Assembly (NCBI RefSeq): GCF_006345805.1
Contig: NC_043008.1
Coordinates: forward strand, 75,578,001-75,642,000
DNA length: 64,000 bases
Source of the DNA: Octopus sinensis
Lineage: Eukaryota
Direction of reading: 5' to 3'
Part shown: piece after piece, positions 37,931 through 52,454 of the stretch
How the letters are laid out: each line of letters begins with the position of its first letter
How positions within the stretch are numbered: the stretch's first letter is position 1
Translations under genes and position numbers: made by a program
Notes under the pieces: generated by a model
What the model was told of the DNA's origin: nothing
Seen by the model: only the letters and a program-made list of their open reading frames with translations
Database searches by the model: none

Positions 37931-39168
37931 CCACCAGGATTAAATACCCCTTTCTTTCGTATCATCACCGTCATTGTAAATCATAACCGTTATAATATCA
38001 TCATTAATATCATCATCCTATATTCAATATTATACTCCTTAGCATATCTTCTATTCATATCATAATCATTGTTATCATGACATTGTTCGCAATCATAGCC
38101 ACGAAATTCCCGTTCAAATGATTTAAGAATTATATTGAATCGTTGACCATAAGTAATCACTAAATATTCGTTTGACACTTTGGCACAACGTCAGCAATTC
38201 TGTGGGTGTTGCTAAGTCGATTACATCTACCCTACTGTTCAACAGGCACATTTTTGGAGCCCTCGGCAGAATTAAAACTCACTTTATATTGTAATTTTCT
38301 ATCGTCATATCAGTATCGCGCATACTTAGTATATTGATTTGTCAAATAAAGATTAAATAGAAAAAAGTCGATAACAAAAAAATTTCCACTCTTCTATTAT
38401 ATTCAAGTTTGGCGACATGGTTTAATAAAATTACTGAGATAATTCGTCATAAATTATCATAAATTATCAGAATAATTAAATCTGTATTTAAATGTTTTAA
38501 AACGAATTAATAAAAAATAGGAAAACTCAAGATAGTAAAGATGTATATACCGTACATTTATATCGAAGGTGGTAAATTCGCAAACTTTTGAGAGCGTATT
38601 CAGGGAAAATTTCATTAGGAAGAATTCATGTACTGCTTCAAGTGAAATACGATCTAGTGAATTAATTATCTGCGTCATTTCAGCTGCGAAGGCGTTGCAT
38701 TTTGCATCTCTTCATGCTCCGATTTCGGATAAATGCTACGAATTCGGATAAATTTTGCATGTCAATATTTTGAGGTCGACAAAGAAAGTAAAAGCCAAGG
38801 GATAAGCTTCACGGGACCTTCTTTATGTTCTGTATTGCAGCTTCAATTTAAACATAGAGCTTCCTCGCATTAATTCAGCATGTAAAATGTGTTAAGAATA
38901 CGCGTTACATATAAATGGGGAATATACATTGACAAGTCGGCATTTGTTAGAAGGAGTAACTGAATGCTTATCGTCGAGACTACGGAGAAAATACTTTTAA
39001 ATTAAGGTTTTCTATACTATAAAAAAAAAAACAATCAAAACGAATGTATTTTAATTTTATTGTCTTTTAATTTGTAATAATAATTTCTAATTCTACGAAA
39101 ATATCATTAAATTTTATCAATTACTCCGAATAAATATTTAATACTCCAACCGCATAGAATAACCCTTT

Positions 39169-39370
39169 AGGCGGCAAGCTGGCTGAATCGTCAACAATGC
39201 CTGGCAAAAGGCTAAGGGCTATTTCGCTTGTCTTTATGTTCTACGTTTCAATTCTACCGTGGTTGACTTTGCTTTTCATACTTTCGGAGTTGATAAAATA
39301 AGTACCAGTTGAGCACTGGAGCAAATGTAATCGATTCACCTCTACCCCGAAATTGCCTTCTGCCAAAATT
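39169..39370 (+). mobile_element. Old SINE copy (GGCGGCGAGCTGGC family)
   Basis: Aligns to 45373-45540. Confidence 0.75.
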
Positions 39371-41589
39371 TTGAACCTGTTCTCACCGCACTAAACTGCA
39401 TTTATGAATACATTATGATTAACTGCTGTCAGTAAATTATATTTTTTAAATTTGAAATATAAACTTGTCCAAAACGCATTTTAACCAATCTCTTCAGATA
39501 GTGACTTCGTGTATTGCATTTTGTTCGCTACAATTTCTTTGAAGTTTATCTCATTTCTCTACAAGATCAACTGTATTCCAGTCTTTTAAAACTAACTGCC
39601 ATTGATATTGCAGTGGAATTTCTCTGAATATTTCCAAATTTCTCTCTCTCTCTCTCTTTCTCTCTCTCTGTCTCTCTCTCTCACGTTTTTGTTAGCCAAA
39701 TTGAAATATATCCAAATTGAAGTGATATAAGCCTGCATGACAATCTAAATCTCATCAGAAGACGTATGTAGCATCTCTGAAAGTACTAGATATTAATTAG
39801 ACATATAAGTTAATTATATAAGTTAATAAGTTAATATTTTAACACTTCGAATTATATCGAAAAATAAAAAAAAATTATTGAAATGATCACAATTTCTTGA
39901 TATTCGCTTAATATTTTGTAGCTCATCATGAGTAACCCTGGCATATACTGGGTGATCATCAAATAGCTTTAACATTTGATGAGAATAGTTAACGATGGTT
40001 TTGTTGGGTATTAGTTGTAATGTGATAATCAAAATTAAAGCAGATCAGATTATTGAAGTATCATCATAAGTAAGATGATTCGACTATCTCCAATATGACT
40101 GAACCTCATTCGCTATACGTTTAGGTAAAATTCCATAAATAATACCCAACAGAGAAACAATGTTATGTTTATACAATGCTGCATATAAAAATGTGACAAA
40201 AATGTTGGATTAGAGAGATGGAGATAGCGCTAAGAAATAATCATCTCTAAAACCAATAGATGATCATTGCCTTTGTGAATTACAGAAAAGGACCTAAGCA
40301 AATGAATGCCCAAACAAATACGTCTTTTAGATCTTCGCTATACCACCTTGCAGCAATAAAACTGTGCGTTTGGATTTATAATGAACTTCCAAGCATTAGA
40401 ATGTGTGAAGAGAAAAATCTCAGAAAAGAAAAAGAAAACAATATTTCCTCGAAAACCATTTTTTTCCCTGAAACAACAGCAAGATGGTTACAATTGAATA
40501 ATCTTGTTCATTGATTTACTAGATCAATATTCACCTGAGGCAAGAGTATATTATTATTGCTGCAATTTCACTCATTCCTTTAGGAAATCGAGCTCTTGGA
40601 CAAATGGTTTCCTCCCACTAACACTCATTGAGGCACCTATTAGTCTAGATTAGAAATAATACTCCAGTAATTACTATTTCATGTAATAACATTCTTAATT
40701 CTCAAAATTACGATGTAATTAAGATTTTTCGAAAAGGAAAGCAAAATTAACAAAAGACAAATATCTACAACCATATTAAAATTCAATTTATTTTCTAAAA
40801 TTAAGCAAAATTCCGAAATACTTATACATATGAATTTTATCGACATTTTCCGGATGTCTAAAATGAATATCTAACAAATATAGTTTAGATGTTGGACTGT
40901 AATGTATGTAACATTATATGTAATAAAAGATAAACTAATTGATGGGGTAAATTTGATGATTTAGTTTTATATTGTTTCTTAATTTTAGCAAAGATTCAGT
41001 TAGTGTATCTGTTTATTCTTCAAAGTGAATCATTTTCAAAGATTACAGTGATTAAAGCCGAGTATGTAAACTTGATATCTGCAAAGGTCAAATAATGATT
41101 TTAAAGCCAGCTAATGCATGACGAAGTAATTGCCAATTCATTTTTAAATTAGAATTTGCTAATATAAGGAGGGGGGATTGTTTTATCTTGAATAATTAAT
41201 ACTGTAATTTCTTTTTAGCTAATAAGTAATGCAAATAATGTATAATATATGAAACCCTGGTTTGAATTAAGCTGGGAAACAATATAGCATGAATATTCGT
41301 TTATCTAATGGCTAGAATTGTGCTACTTTAGACGTTGAACTGTTTAGCTGTAAAACAAAACATTTTAGAACATGAGAACATAATGGATATAATTCCATTT
41401 ATAAGTTGAGTTGTTGTGATGGCAGAAGTGGTAACTGAATTAAATGCTAATAATTGCCAATTCCCTTAAGATACAAAGTAAATAACACATTCCATTATTA
41501 TATTCCACCATTATACAACCAACTGTTTAACCTACTGCCGCAACAAATGAAATTGGTAAAGAATATACACTCTTTTGATGATTAGGTTC

Positions 41590-41830
41590 ATTTGATTTCG
41601 ATGATGATAGTAATGATGAGGATGATGATAAGGATGGATGAGGTGGTGTTGATGTTGTTGGTACCGATCATGTTACTGATTATGATGGTAATATTTAGAG
41701 TTAGTAGTGCCAGTATTAATAGTGTCAGTGAAGATAATTATATGATGATAGGAACACATTTTGTTGCTGTCCATGGCAGTGGTGGTGGTGTTAGAAATAG
41801 CGGCGCTGGTGCTGTCGTTGTTACTTAGGA
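41590..41830. repeat. Degenerate (GAT)/(GGT) low-complexity tract
   Basis: Directly visible. Confidence 0.75.
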
Positions 41831-42879
41831 TATAAAGTAGGTTGGAGTAGAGAATAAAAGATACCTTGCATGACACATCGGTACAGGCATTAAAATAACG
41901 ATCCCTAAATTCTCTACATTGTTTAACTCCTTTGATATCTTTTCTATGGTATTTAACATTCTATAAAACTATTATTAGGCGACTGAACTTTAAAATATTT
42001 TCCAAATATTTTCCAGAACTATCAAAATATTTAGTCTTCTAAATTAACTAACTTGTCTACTAATGTTTTTAAAGCTGATATCAAAGTGTGTCTCATTTAA
42101 CTTGATAATTTCAAACCCAGTAAAAAAGATCTTCTTCAGCATTATCATACGCATATATATAATTCAAAACATTACGGTAGATGTTCATTTACCGTCTTAT
42201 CTCTCTTTATTTTCTTTTACGAAGTGAATACGAAATTCCACAACATTCACACTGTGTAATATTATATTTCTATAATCAATAATAAGTCTAACGTAACCGA
42301 TAACATTTCTGTGAATCTACTGTGCATGACATTGTCACGAGGAAGATATTTATTGGTAGACAAGCATTTACATACTATGTTTGCTGTGCTAAAAATTTAT
42401 GAATTGAGAATCATATTTAAAAGGAAAGGTTTTGTATCTGATGTTTACTGCGCATTTGAATTATACTTTATTTACCAACAATTCCCTGTGGAATGTATAA
42501 TTTCAAAGCTAAAAATAATTTCGAATACTGCTGATAACATGCAAATATCATTTGAGTTAATGGCAATACATTACAACAATTAAATGAACCTGATATTTCA
42601 AATCTGTTTACTCAACATTTCCAAGACCTGTGATGTCAACAATAGAACTAGTATTGCGAACAAATACCTATGAATTGATAAATCTAAGTACAAATATGCG
42701 ACTTGTCATAATTAATATTCAATATTTATCCACTTCAACACGTTCTGTCATTCTACATCTGTAATATATATACATATATATATATATGAATGATGACGCA
42801 CACACATACCCCCCCCCCACATATATATATATATATATAATATATATATATATAATATATATATATTATATATATATAT

Positions 42880-42933
<54 letters not shown>

Positions 42934-43129
42934 TGTATATGTATGAATGATAACATACGATGGTTAATTGTCAACTCAATATCCATCGTAGGTTATTATT
43001 TATTTGATTATAATACACCAAGGGGATTTAAAACTTGTCGGACATCCTAGATATACGAACAACGTACTTTTCAAAGTAACGTGTGATTGGACAGCCCCTA
43101 GGCGTTAAATAGAGTTGGTTGTCTCTATT

Positions 43130-43290
43130 TTCACCCCCTGTTTCTTTCTGTGTCCCTTTCTGTAGAAGAGAGTAAGCTCGAATCGTTTAAGACTTTTTCA
43201 CTTCCCGAGCGTTAAACTAATACATCTGTTGGTTGTCTACACCACCTGTCTTCGTCTTTTGTTTTTTTATTCTCTCTCTCTTTCTCTCAC
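43130..43290 (+). mobile_element. PLE pLTR family A fragment with a decayed hammerhead (CTGTAGA core, 43156-43192)
   Basis: Homologous to 9470-9635; ends at (CT)n/(TA)n. Confidence 0.7.
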
Positions 43291-43346
43291 TCTCTCTCTC
43301 TCTCTCTCTCTGTATACATATATATATATATATATATACACACACA

Positions 43347-43416
<70 letters not shown>

Positions 43417-43426
43417 ATATATACAT

Positions 43427-43718
43427 GGAGGCACAATGGCCCAGTGGTTAGGGCAGCGGACTCGCGGTCGGAGGATTGCGGTTACGATTCCCAGACCGGG
43501 CGTTGTGACTGTTTATTGAGCGAAAACACCTAAAGCTCCACGAGGCTCCCTAGCGATCCCTGCTGTACTCTTTCACCACAACTTTCTCTCACTCTTTCTT
43601 CTGTTGCCTGCTCGCTTAGTCAGCTGGGTGACGTCATTTAAAGGCTAAAACAATGTGAAGCGCATTGTGAACAGCGATGTGAAGCAACATCTGATAGCCT
43701 GGTCGGTCACGGTGACGG
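43427..43718 (+). mobile_element. tRNA-derived SINE (OR1-like)
   Basis: GGAGGCACAATGGCCCAGTGGTTAGGGCAGCGG head; homologous to 23730-23984. Confidence 0.85.
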
Positions 43719-43775
43719 TGATATATATATACATATATATATACACATATATATATACATATATATACATATTTG

Positions 43776-43819
<44 letters not shown>

Positions 43820-45372
43820 TAGATAGATAATACATACATACATACATACATACATACAGCGACAATGAAATAATATCTAATACTTATTTCAGCCATTGGA
43901 CTGCAACCATGGTGAGACACTGCCTTGACTGGTTTAGTCAAAGAAATCAACCCCAAAGCTTATTTTAAAAATAAATTTTACACCTAGTAATTACCCTATC
44001 GGCTTCTTATGCTGACTCGCTAGGTTACAGATTTGTAAACAAAGCAACGCTAATCATCATTTGGGGGGAGATCCAAGTACAAAGACACATGCACATAGAT
44101 ATATGCATATGTGTGTACATATGTATGTATACACACACACACACACATATATTATATACATATATGTATACATATATTTATATATGTGTGTATGATAGTA
44201 TTAATAATTTCTTAAGTAACGAGAAGATGGATATGGTGTTAATCTTTATTTTGTACGACCGTCGTTTCGACCCATCCTGCTAGGTCCCTTATGTGTAGGA
44301 CTGTGATCAACATGTTGGATTGCATCACTTTTATCAGTCTGGGTCCATCTTCTTGTTACTTAAGAAATTATCATTATCTCAACTTACACTCTGTCGTTGA
44401 CAAAAAAAAAATCAGCGTTATTAAAAGTATATTTATTGTAAAAAAATTCAAATGTTACTTCTACGGAGGAAAACCGTAACAATATTTTAAATAAAAACAC
44501 ATAATTGTTATTGTAACAACAAATATGTGAATTTAATTATTAATTTCTAACATTGCAGCTGCATATAGCAACAGTAGTTTTGAAAAAAAAAAAGAAGAAA
44601 TTCTTGAGGCTACAAACAAGGACAGAATTATGCGTGAAATGAAATACTTATTTAAAAAAAAAAAAACAGAATGTAACATCGTTTACTTAGAAATTTTTGT
44701 TTACGACTGGATTTATCAAATGTAATACAGTATTATTTAAAACACATGAATGTTAGTAGAGTTATGTATAGTTCTTAGAATAAGAACATGGAAAGTATGT
44801 AGTCCTCAGAATGACGCTGGAAAGAAAAATATTTTAAAACGTTCCCAAAAATCAAGACCGGTTATACTTTTATTTTTTATTGATCGCTCTCTTTGGTAAC
44901 TGAACTCCCCTAATAATTTGTTTGGTGTGGCAGCAGTATTCTAGGCGTGACCCTCTAAAGGAGAAGAAAAGAGGAATGATGGGATCTTCCTCTCTGTACG
45001 GGAAAGTTCTTAGAATCTAGGTGCTCATCCTGCGAACCACATCGAGTTTATTGTTAATGTGAGCACAGTCGGAAATTGCTTTCAACAATTCTAAGTCTCT
45101 TATATTATTGGATATTGTAAGTAGGTCCCGTGAAGGAAGAGAATATAATTGTTTGGGAACATTTTGTTTTCTAAGATGCATGAGAAATTTCCCCTTAATT
45201 TAACAGTAATGTGAAAGCTGTGTTAGGCCTACAACACAATAATACTTGATTTCTTTTATTGCTGTTATGATGTATTGAAGTCATAAAAGTTAAGTCAGGG
45301 ATATGAATTTGATTACATCCCTTCCGTCAGTGAGATCACTAAAGACATAGCAATATTGTTTCCTCAATGAAT

Positions 45373-45663
45373 GCAGTGAGCTGGCAGAAACGTTAGCATG
45401 CCGGGCGAAGTGCGTAGCCGTATTTCGTCTGCCGTTACGCTCTGAGTTCAAATTCCGCCGAGGTTGACTTTGCCTTTCATCCTTTCGGGGTCGATTAAAT
45501 AAGTACCAGTTACGCACTGGGGTCGATATAATCGACTTAATCCGTTTGTCTGTCTTTGTTTGTCCTCTCTGTGTTTAGCCCCTTGTGGGTAGTAAAGAAA
45601 TAGGTATTTCGTCTGCCATTACTTTCTGAGTTCAAATTCCGCCGAGGTCGACTTTACCGTTCA
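45373..45663 (+). mobile_element. SINE (GGC.GCGAGCTGGCAGAA family) with a partial internal duplication at its 3' end
   Basis: GTATTTCGTCTGCC...TGAGTTCAAATTCCGCCGAGG occurs at ~45420 and ~45604. Confidence 0.85.
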
Positions 45664-45682
45664 TTCTATACATATATATATA

Positions 45683-47135
45683 TTGTTGGCATCCTTTTTG
45701 TCTCGGAAGAGAATGGAGTTGCGCATAAAGTAGTCTAGTCCGGCTTTTATATTTCATGTCCTGATACATTTCCTGCTGTGGCTGTGTAGTCCTATCCTGG
45801 ACAGACACTCCCTCTGGCAGGTACCGCAAATGTAGCGAAGACTGTTCCTGGCTGGTTGTAGTGCCATAGTTTCTTGTTGACGTCTCTTCTTTTCTTTCCA
45901 TTTCTCCTCTCTCTCTCTCTGTCACTCCTTTGTATTCCCTCTTTTACAGTACGTTGCCATTCTCCACGGTTGCCGGCAACTGCCTCCCAACCGCTAATAC
46001 TGATGTTGCAGGCCTTCATGTCCCTTTTGCAAACATCCTTGTAACGTAAGATCGGTCTACCCACAGACCTAGTACCCCTAGCAAGCTCTCCGTAGAGTAT
46101 GTCCTTGGGGATTCTGCCATCTTTCATACGGCTAACATGCCCAAGCCATCTCATACGTCTTTGTGTGAGGAGTGCAAACATGCTTGATATTCCTGCTTGC
46201 CTGAGGACATCTTTGTTGGGGATATGATTCTGCCATTTGATGCGGAGGATTTTTCGGAGGCAGCGCAGGTGAAAGATGTTTAGGCGACGCTCTTGGCGTG
46301 TGTATAGCGTCCAAGTCTCACTTCCATACAGTAGAGTGCTGAGTACACATGCCTGGTAGATCTTCATTGTCGTGGTCTTGGTCAGCTTATTGTTGTCCCA
46401 AGCCCGTTTGGAGAGTTGGGCCATCGCAGCAGCTGCCTTGCCAATGCGTATATTGAGCTCAGCGTCAAGGGATAGGTTGTAGGTGACGGTAGAGCCCAGA
46501 TAGGTAAACTTCTCCACCTCTTGTAATCTGTGATCTCCAATATGTATGTTTGGGATGTCCGATGTAGCCTGGCCCATGATGTTGGTCTTCTTAAGGCTGA
46601 TAGCTAAGCCAAAGTCGTTACATGCTTGCTCAAAACAGTTAATGAGCCTTTGGAGGGCTTCTTCTGTGTGTGTTACCAGAGCGGCATCATCAGCAAATAA
46701 CATCTCCTTGATCAGGACGTTTCTGATTTTGGTCTTGGCACGCAAGCGCGAGAGATTGAACAGTTTCCCGTCACTTATACTGTGCAGAAACACTCCATCA
46801 TCTGATGTCTGAAGGGCATGTGAAAGTAAGAGCGAGAAGATGCCAAACAATGTAGGAGCGAGGACACAACCTTGCTTTACCCCGTTTTTTTATTTGGAAG
46901 GCGGCTGATGTTGAACCGTTGTGCTGTATGGTGCCTTGCATGTCATCATGGAAAGACTTGATGATCCTCAGCAGCTTTGGTGGACATCCGATTTTTTGGA
47001 GCAGGATGAAGAGGCCTGTTCTGCTTATCGAGTCAAAAGCCTTTGTTAGATCAATGAAGGCCATATATAATGGCATTTTCTGCTCTCTGGACTTCTCCTG
47101 AAGTTGGCGTGTGGAGAATATCGATAGTTGATCAG
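45683..47135 (-). mobile_element. 5'-truncated RTE/BovB-like LINE with a largely intact RT
   Basis: AFIDLTKAFDS, LFADDAAL, FTYLGS, LLYGSETW and RWLGHV motifs; 352-aa open stretch; 3' tail GGATGCCAACAA-(TA)n. Confidence 0.92.
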
Positions 47136-47144
47136 CAAAATTTA

Positions 47145-47865
47145 GATTCAGATGAATATGGTACTTAAGGTAAAGGCACCATAATTTTGTATGGTATTAT
47201 CCATATAAATAAAATGAGGTGATTATAATCAAAATAAGCAACAAGGATATCCAAGGTAGTGTAGTACAATCATTTCATGCTACTTCATTTTATTAAACAC
47301 TGTAAGTATTACATCAGTTTTAAAATGTCGAACAAGCTTCAGCCACATATAGAATTTTTTTATTAAACGGACAATGCACATTTTTATACTTTTTTCATTT
47401 GCCAACATTAAGAAGAGTGTAGATATATAATCAGAGAGGTTAATTTTATCATTAAGAACATGGTGGTAGTATGTTCTTCTCCATCTGTAGATTTTTTATC
47501 ACTGAGTTTACTTTGTTATATAGATCTACCAGTGAGGAGGGGGGGTTTCTATTATTGGTTCAATGGAGAAAAACAGGCATTTTCCTATTTATAAATAGAG
47601 GAAGGGGTAGTACAAATATCAAATCCATAAATCCATTCACATTTTGAGCAATTTAACTTAGACATATTTGAATGTCTTTTAGCTAAAGTTAGTGGGGTAG
47701 GGGGAATAGAGACTACTAATGCTCTAGAAGTTTTCAGTTTCCCTTACCATTTAACAGCCATAATTCTGCTTGTGAATTTTAAATAAATTTTAAAACTGAT
47801 GTAATACTTACGGTGCTTAATAAAATGAAGTAGCATGAAACGATATCCTTGTTGCTTATTTTGAT

Positions 47866-47868
<3 letters not shown>
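47145..47868. mobile_element. Inverted pLTR-arm element related to 12341-12940
   Basis: 47225-47325 is the inverse of 47788-47868; shares AATCAAAATAAGCAACAAGGATAT. Confidence 0.7.
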
Positions 47869-47938
<70 letters not shown>

Positions 47939-48958
47939 GTATGTATGTGTGTGTATGTATGTATGTGTGTATGTATTTATGTAGCTTCTACATGAAAGAA
48001 AATCCTATTGCATATGAGGCATTTAGTAACAGAGTGTCGTAAGCACCAGCCCAGCCATTTTCGAGCTTAGTATATTATTTTCTTTGTCTCGAAGTCTAGG
48101 ATCTGAAAAAGTTGAGAGTAAGTGCTGGTGAGGCCTTCAATAAGGTCGAAAATCTAGCTGAAAAATCTGTACCTCGATGCTATTAACATGATGATCGTTT
48201 ATCCAAAGTAGGATCTGAGAGTTTAGTAACACACACACCCATGCAATAACTTTGGTGTATCGTTTTTCAAGGTGTTATGGCTCATTTTCTAATATACTTC
48301 GCTGCTGTCGTAACAGTAATGGACTATTATCTTCCTATCTTGTCTTACACATCTCTTAAAGATACTTACCTTGGTATATTAAAACACAAACAATACCTTT
48401 GTATGCATACATCTTTCAGATGTATGCATAAATAAATAACTTTACATAGGTGTAATGATTAGAGAAGTTCTTCGCCGTCATTTTAAGGCAAAAACCCAGC
48501 TTCCTAACTTTATTCTTTGCCACCGAGATACCGCAGTTTGAAAGTTTTTGACAGCGTTTTTCTCGGTTTTTAAAATGTAGCATTTAGACGGTCTGTTACT
48601 AAACGCCTCATATGTCTACTCGACAGGGTATAAGAGAAACAGTTCAGTCAAAGTTCGTATTCATCAACAGACGGTTGTCATCGTCCAACAGTAAGCCAAA
48701 TATCGCTTTATAACTGACATTAAAAGCTTCTAGATTATAAAATTATTTAAAGTCTTGCATTATATAATTCTTAATAATTCTTAAATATTTACGTATTTAA
48801 ATTTTCAACTTCTTATCATATATCTTAAATGTCAAAATTCTAACTTCTATAAAAATGATTTATAAACAACTTTTAATCTATTTGTAATATCTCAAATTTC
48901 ATTTTTATTTTTTAGTTTTTAGATATCAATCATTCATATTCTATTCACATATTTTCAA

Positions 48959-49004
<46 letters not shown>

Positions 49005-49007
<3 letters not shown>

Positions 49008-49684
49008 TTCAATCAATTGGATGTGGCCATGCTGGATCAACGTCTTAAAGGGTTTTAGTCGACCCTAAGACTTATTCTATTAGCACTCATTCTATTAGTC
49101 TCTTTCGCCGAATAGCTAAGTTCCACGCACAAGGCTCTGGTTGGCTTGAAGCTATAGTAGAATACACTTGCCCAAGGAGCCATGCAGTGGGACTGAAGCC
49201 GGAACTATGTAGTCGGGAAGCCAGCTTCTTACCACACAGCCACAGCTGTGCCTATATTATATACTCTTTTACCCTTTTACTTGTTTCAGACATTTGACTG
49301 TGGCCATGCGGCAGCACCACCTTTAGTCGAGCAAATCGACCCCGGGACTTATTCTCTGTAAGCCTAGTACTTATTCTATCGGTCTCTTTTGCAGAACCGC
49401 TAAGTTACGGGGACGTAACACACCAGCATCGGTTGTCAAGCCATGTTGGGGGGACAAGCACAAACACACAAACGTATACACACTCACACACATATATATA
49501 TATATATATACACATATATACGACGGGCTTTTTTCAGTTTCCGTCTACCAAATCCACTCACAAGGCTTTGGTTGGACCAAGGCTATAGTAGAAGACTCTT
49601 GCCCAAGGTGCCACGCAGTGGGACTGAACCCGGAACCATATTGTTGGTAAGGAAGCTACTAACTACACAGACACTCCTATGCCT
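49005..49684 (-). mobile_element. Two adjacent OR2-like SINEs (49005-49255 deleted; 49265-49684 near full length)
   Basis: Reverse complement of the 28023-type head and tail. Confidence 0.85.
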
Positions 49685-50063
49685 ATATATACTTTTAAAT
49701 ATAATTTTATATATACTTTTAAATAATTTTGATAGTTTTAAAACCTTTTCATTTTTAATTATTAATTTTAATTTAATTTTATATATTTGTCACTTTTCTG
49801 TTTTGGAATTTCGATTTCCAATTTTTTAAAATTTTGTTAATATTCAATGCTTTGGTTCGTTTTCAATTTTTCAATCTTTCGATGCTTTTATGTTTGGATT
49901 TCTTTTAATTTCTGCGTTGTAAGTTTTATAAAGCTGTTTCAACCTTAATATCCCATCTATTCATTTTAATTTCTATTGAGGCATGCAATCTATTCTTTAT
50001 TTACGCTTATCTATTTATATATTTACTATGTGTATATATGATATTAATATATAATGCTTGATG

Positions 50064-50101
<38 letters not shown>

Positions 50102-50499
50102 ATAAAGTATCTATACTTTATTAAATTATTATATTTTTATACCTACGTATTATTTTTAATACTGCATAATAGCGTATTCGTCAAGGTATTGCAATCAAGC
50201 GTAAGAGAGCTGTTTATCTTCCACCCATGAGGAATACTTTGTCCACCGCTGGTGTATTTGTTTTGTAGTCGGTGGTACCATGCGCACTGGACTTGCATAA
50301 CTGAAGAGTGCATTGATCATTGAATTGTTGAGCCAGAAACTTAAATTTTCGTATATAAGGCACCATACCTGTATCAAACAAGAACTTTAAGCCCTATTTT
50401 CAAGAGTATTGAGGTCTAGCCCTTTTGTTGGCACGTGTAGTTCATCGATATATATACATAAAAATAAAAAATTTAATTTGGGACATAGAGATACAAAAG

Positions 50500-51780
50500 A
50501 TTTCGTATCCACAAAGCCAAACCGTTGCGGACAGCTCGTTTGATTCTATATAAAGACACAAAATTTAAAGTTTTTACGTCGCGCACCTCAGGAAGCACTC
50601 AGAAATCGTGATTTAAATCTTAAAATATAAAAACGTTAATGACAATAGGTTGTTGCTCCTGAAACAGAGGATAAAACAAGCATTATTGACCTGGAAAAGA
50701 CTAACAGCAAACGGAGAAATCCAATCTTCTAGTAGGTAGCGCTTGAAGCGGACACATTTAGAGAAAACGTCTTTACGCCTATTTAACGCGCAAGATTTTG
50801 TATAGTCCATAAGTAATTTGGCCCTCTCCGCGAAGCAAATGTTGCAACGGCCACTCCCATTTATATATGGGCGTGGATGATCTATTTTTTCCATCTGATA
50901 TCACATGGGGTCCCTTGATCTTTAAGGTTCTACACATGACGGGCCAAAGTCGTGACAAAAGGTCTTTCTGGGACCCTGAAAGATGGCTCGTGGTTTATGG
51001 AAGCGACGTTTGAGTGATTTACTGGCTGATCCGATATATTTACAAACTTGGGATGTGGTTATATTCGCACTCCTGGAATATCTCTGAAAGGCACCAAATC
51101 TGGAGATGCTATTGGTAACACCGTTCCTGGCGCAGTTGATATGGCGCCATGATCCGGTGGTGTTATCACCGTGGTTATCACTATTGGTTATATAGTTGGC
51201 GATGCTACTGCTGGCGTTAGTGCGGGTGCGGCCGTTGGTAGCATATGTTGCGGGGCCGGTCATCCCATCGGTGTCGATGATAATTGTTTGGTCATCATCT
51301 GTGGTGGTGGTACTGAGAACGCCGGATACCTCCTCTGTGTCACTGGTCCTGTATTGGTCACCATTTCTAGGTGTGGTGATTGTACTGATGGTAACATATA
51401 TACAGGGCAGGTCACTCTGTCTGCGTCTATGATAACGGTTTGTTCATCATATGTAGCAGTGATAATCGGGTCGTCGGTTACGTCCTCTATGACGCTGGTC
51501 CCAGACTTGTCATCATCTCTGGCTGTGGCGATTGAACTGGCGTGAGATCTGGTTAATCTGGTTATATTGCTGTTGGGTTGTACATTATTGGTAATGTGGA
51601 TAACAGGTGTCACTGTAGCTTCATAGATTACTGCTTCAGCCTCACATCAGCCTTCTACTGGAGAGTTAGCATAATACCCAGCAAGAACAACTGGCCTCCT
51701 CCCTTGTATTGTGGGTACTTCTTAAAATGCTTTTTATGTTATATGCATAACTAAAGGATACACTTAGGTTGTGCCTGTTA
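50500..51780 (-). mobile_element. Naiad-like PLE 3' fragment whose GIY-YIG motif is split by a ~585-nt insert
   Basis: YRQLFNRHNLSVSFSY, SPVEG*C, VIYEATV (51631-51611), KYIGSAS (51038-), RCNICFAER and LNRRKDVFSKC motifs. Confidence 0.75.
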
Positions 51781-51843
51781 AATAATTGTCTGTATCTAGG
51801 TGTGTGTGTGTGTGTATGTGTGTGTGTGTGTGCGTGTGTGTGT

Positions 51844-51881
<38 letters not shown>

Positions 51882-52084
51882 GCGTGTGTGTGTGTGTGAA
51901 ATATTTGTCTTGCAGAGCCTAACGAGCTTTCCATAAAAGCTTTGGCTTTCTGGATACCAAATCTATGGTAACTCTGTGTCCAAAATTTAATTTTGTTTCT
52001 AACAATTACTCTTGTATTCTTTAGAGTGTGCTTCTATTCTGATATATAGTTTATTGACTATATATAGATCGCTAGCACTACACA

Positions 52085-52255
52085 TTCTTTATTTTCCGTC
52101 CTTGTTTCCTTCTGTGTTCCTTTCTGTGGAAGAGTGTGTGCTCCAAACGTTAAAGACATTTTTTCATTTCCCGAGCGTTAAACTAATACATTTGTTTGTT
52201 GTCTTCACCACCTGTCTTTGTCTTTTGATTTTTTTTTGTGAATTTTCTCCCTATA
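52085..52255 (+). mobile_element. PLE pLTR family A fragment (decayed hammerhead 52120-52155)
   Basis: Homologous to 9470-9635; ends at (TATC)n. Confidence 0.7.
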
Positions 52256-52256
52256 T

Positions 52257-52438
<182 letters not shown>

Positions 52439-52454
52439 CATATATATATATATA

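Noticed and set aside
50520-50600. Possible hammerhead after the split GIY-YIG (reverse complement TGCG-CGACGTA...AAAC-GAGCT-GTC-CGCA)
   Set aside because: The position is plausible but both core halves are damaged and no stem II can be drawn.
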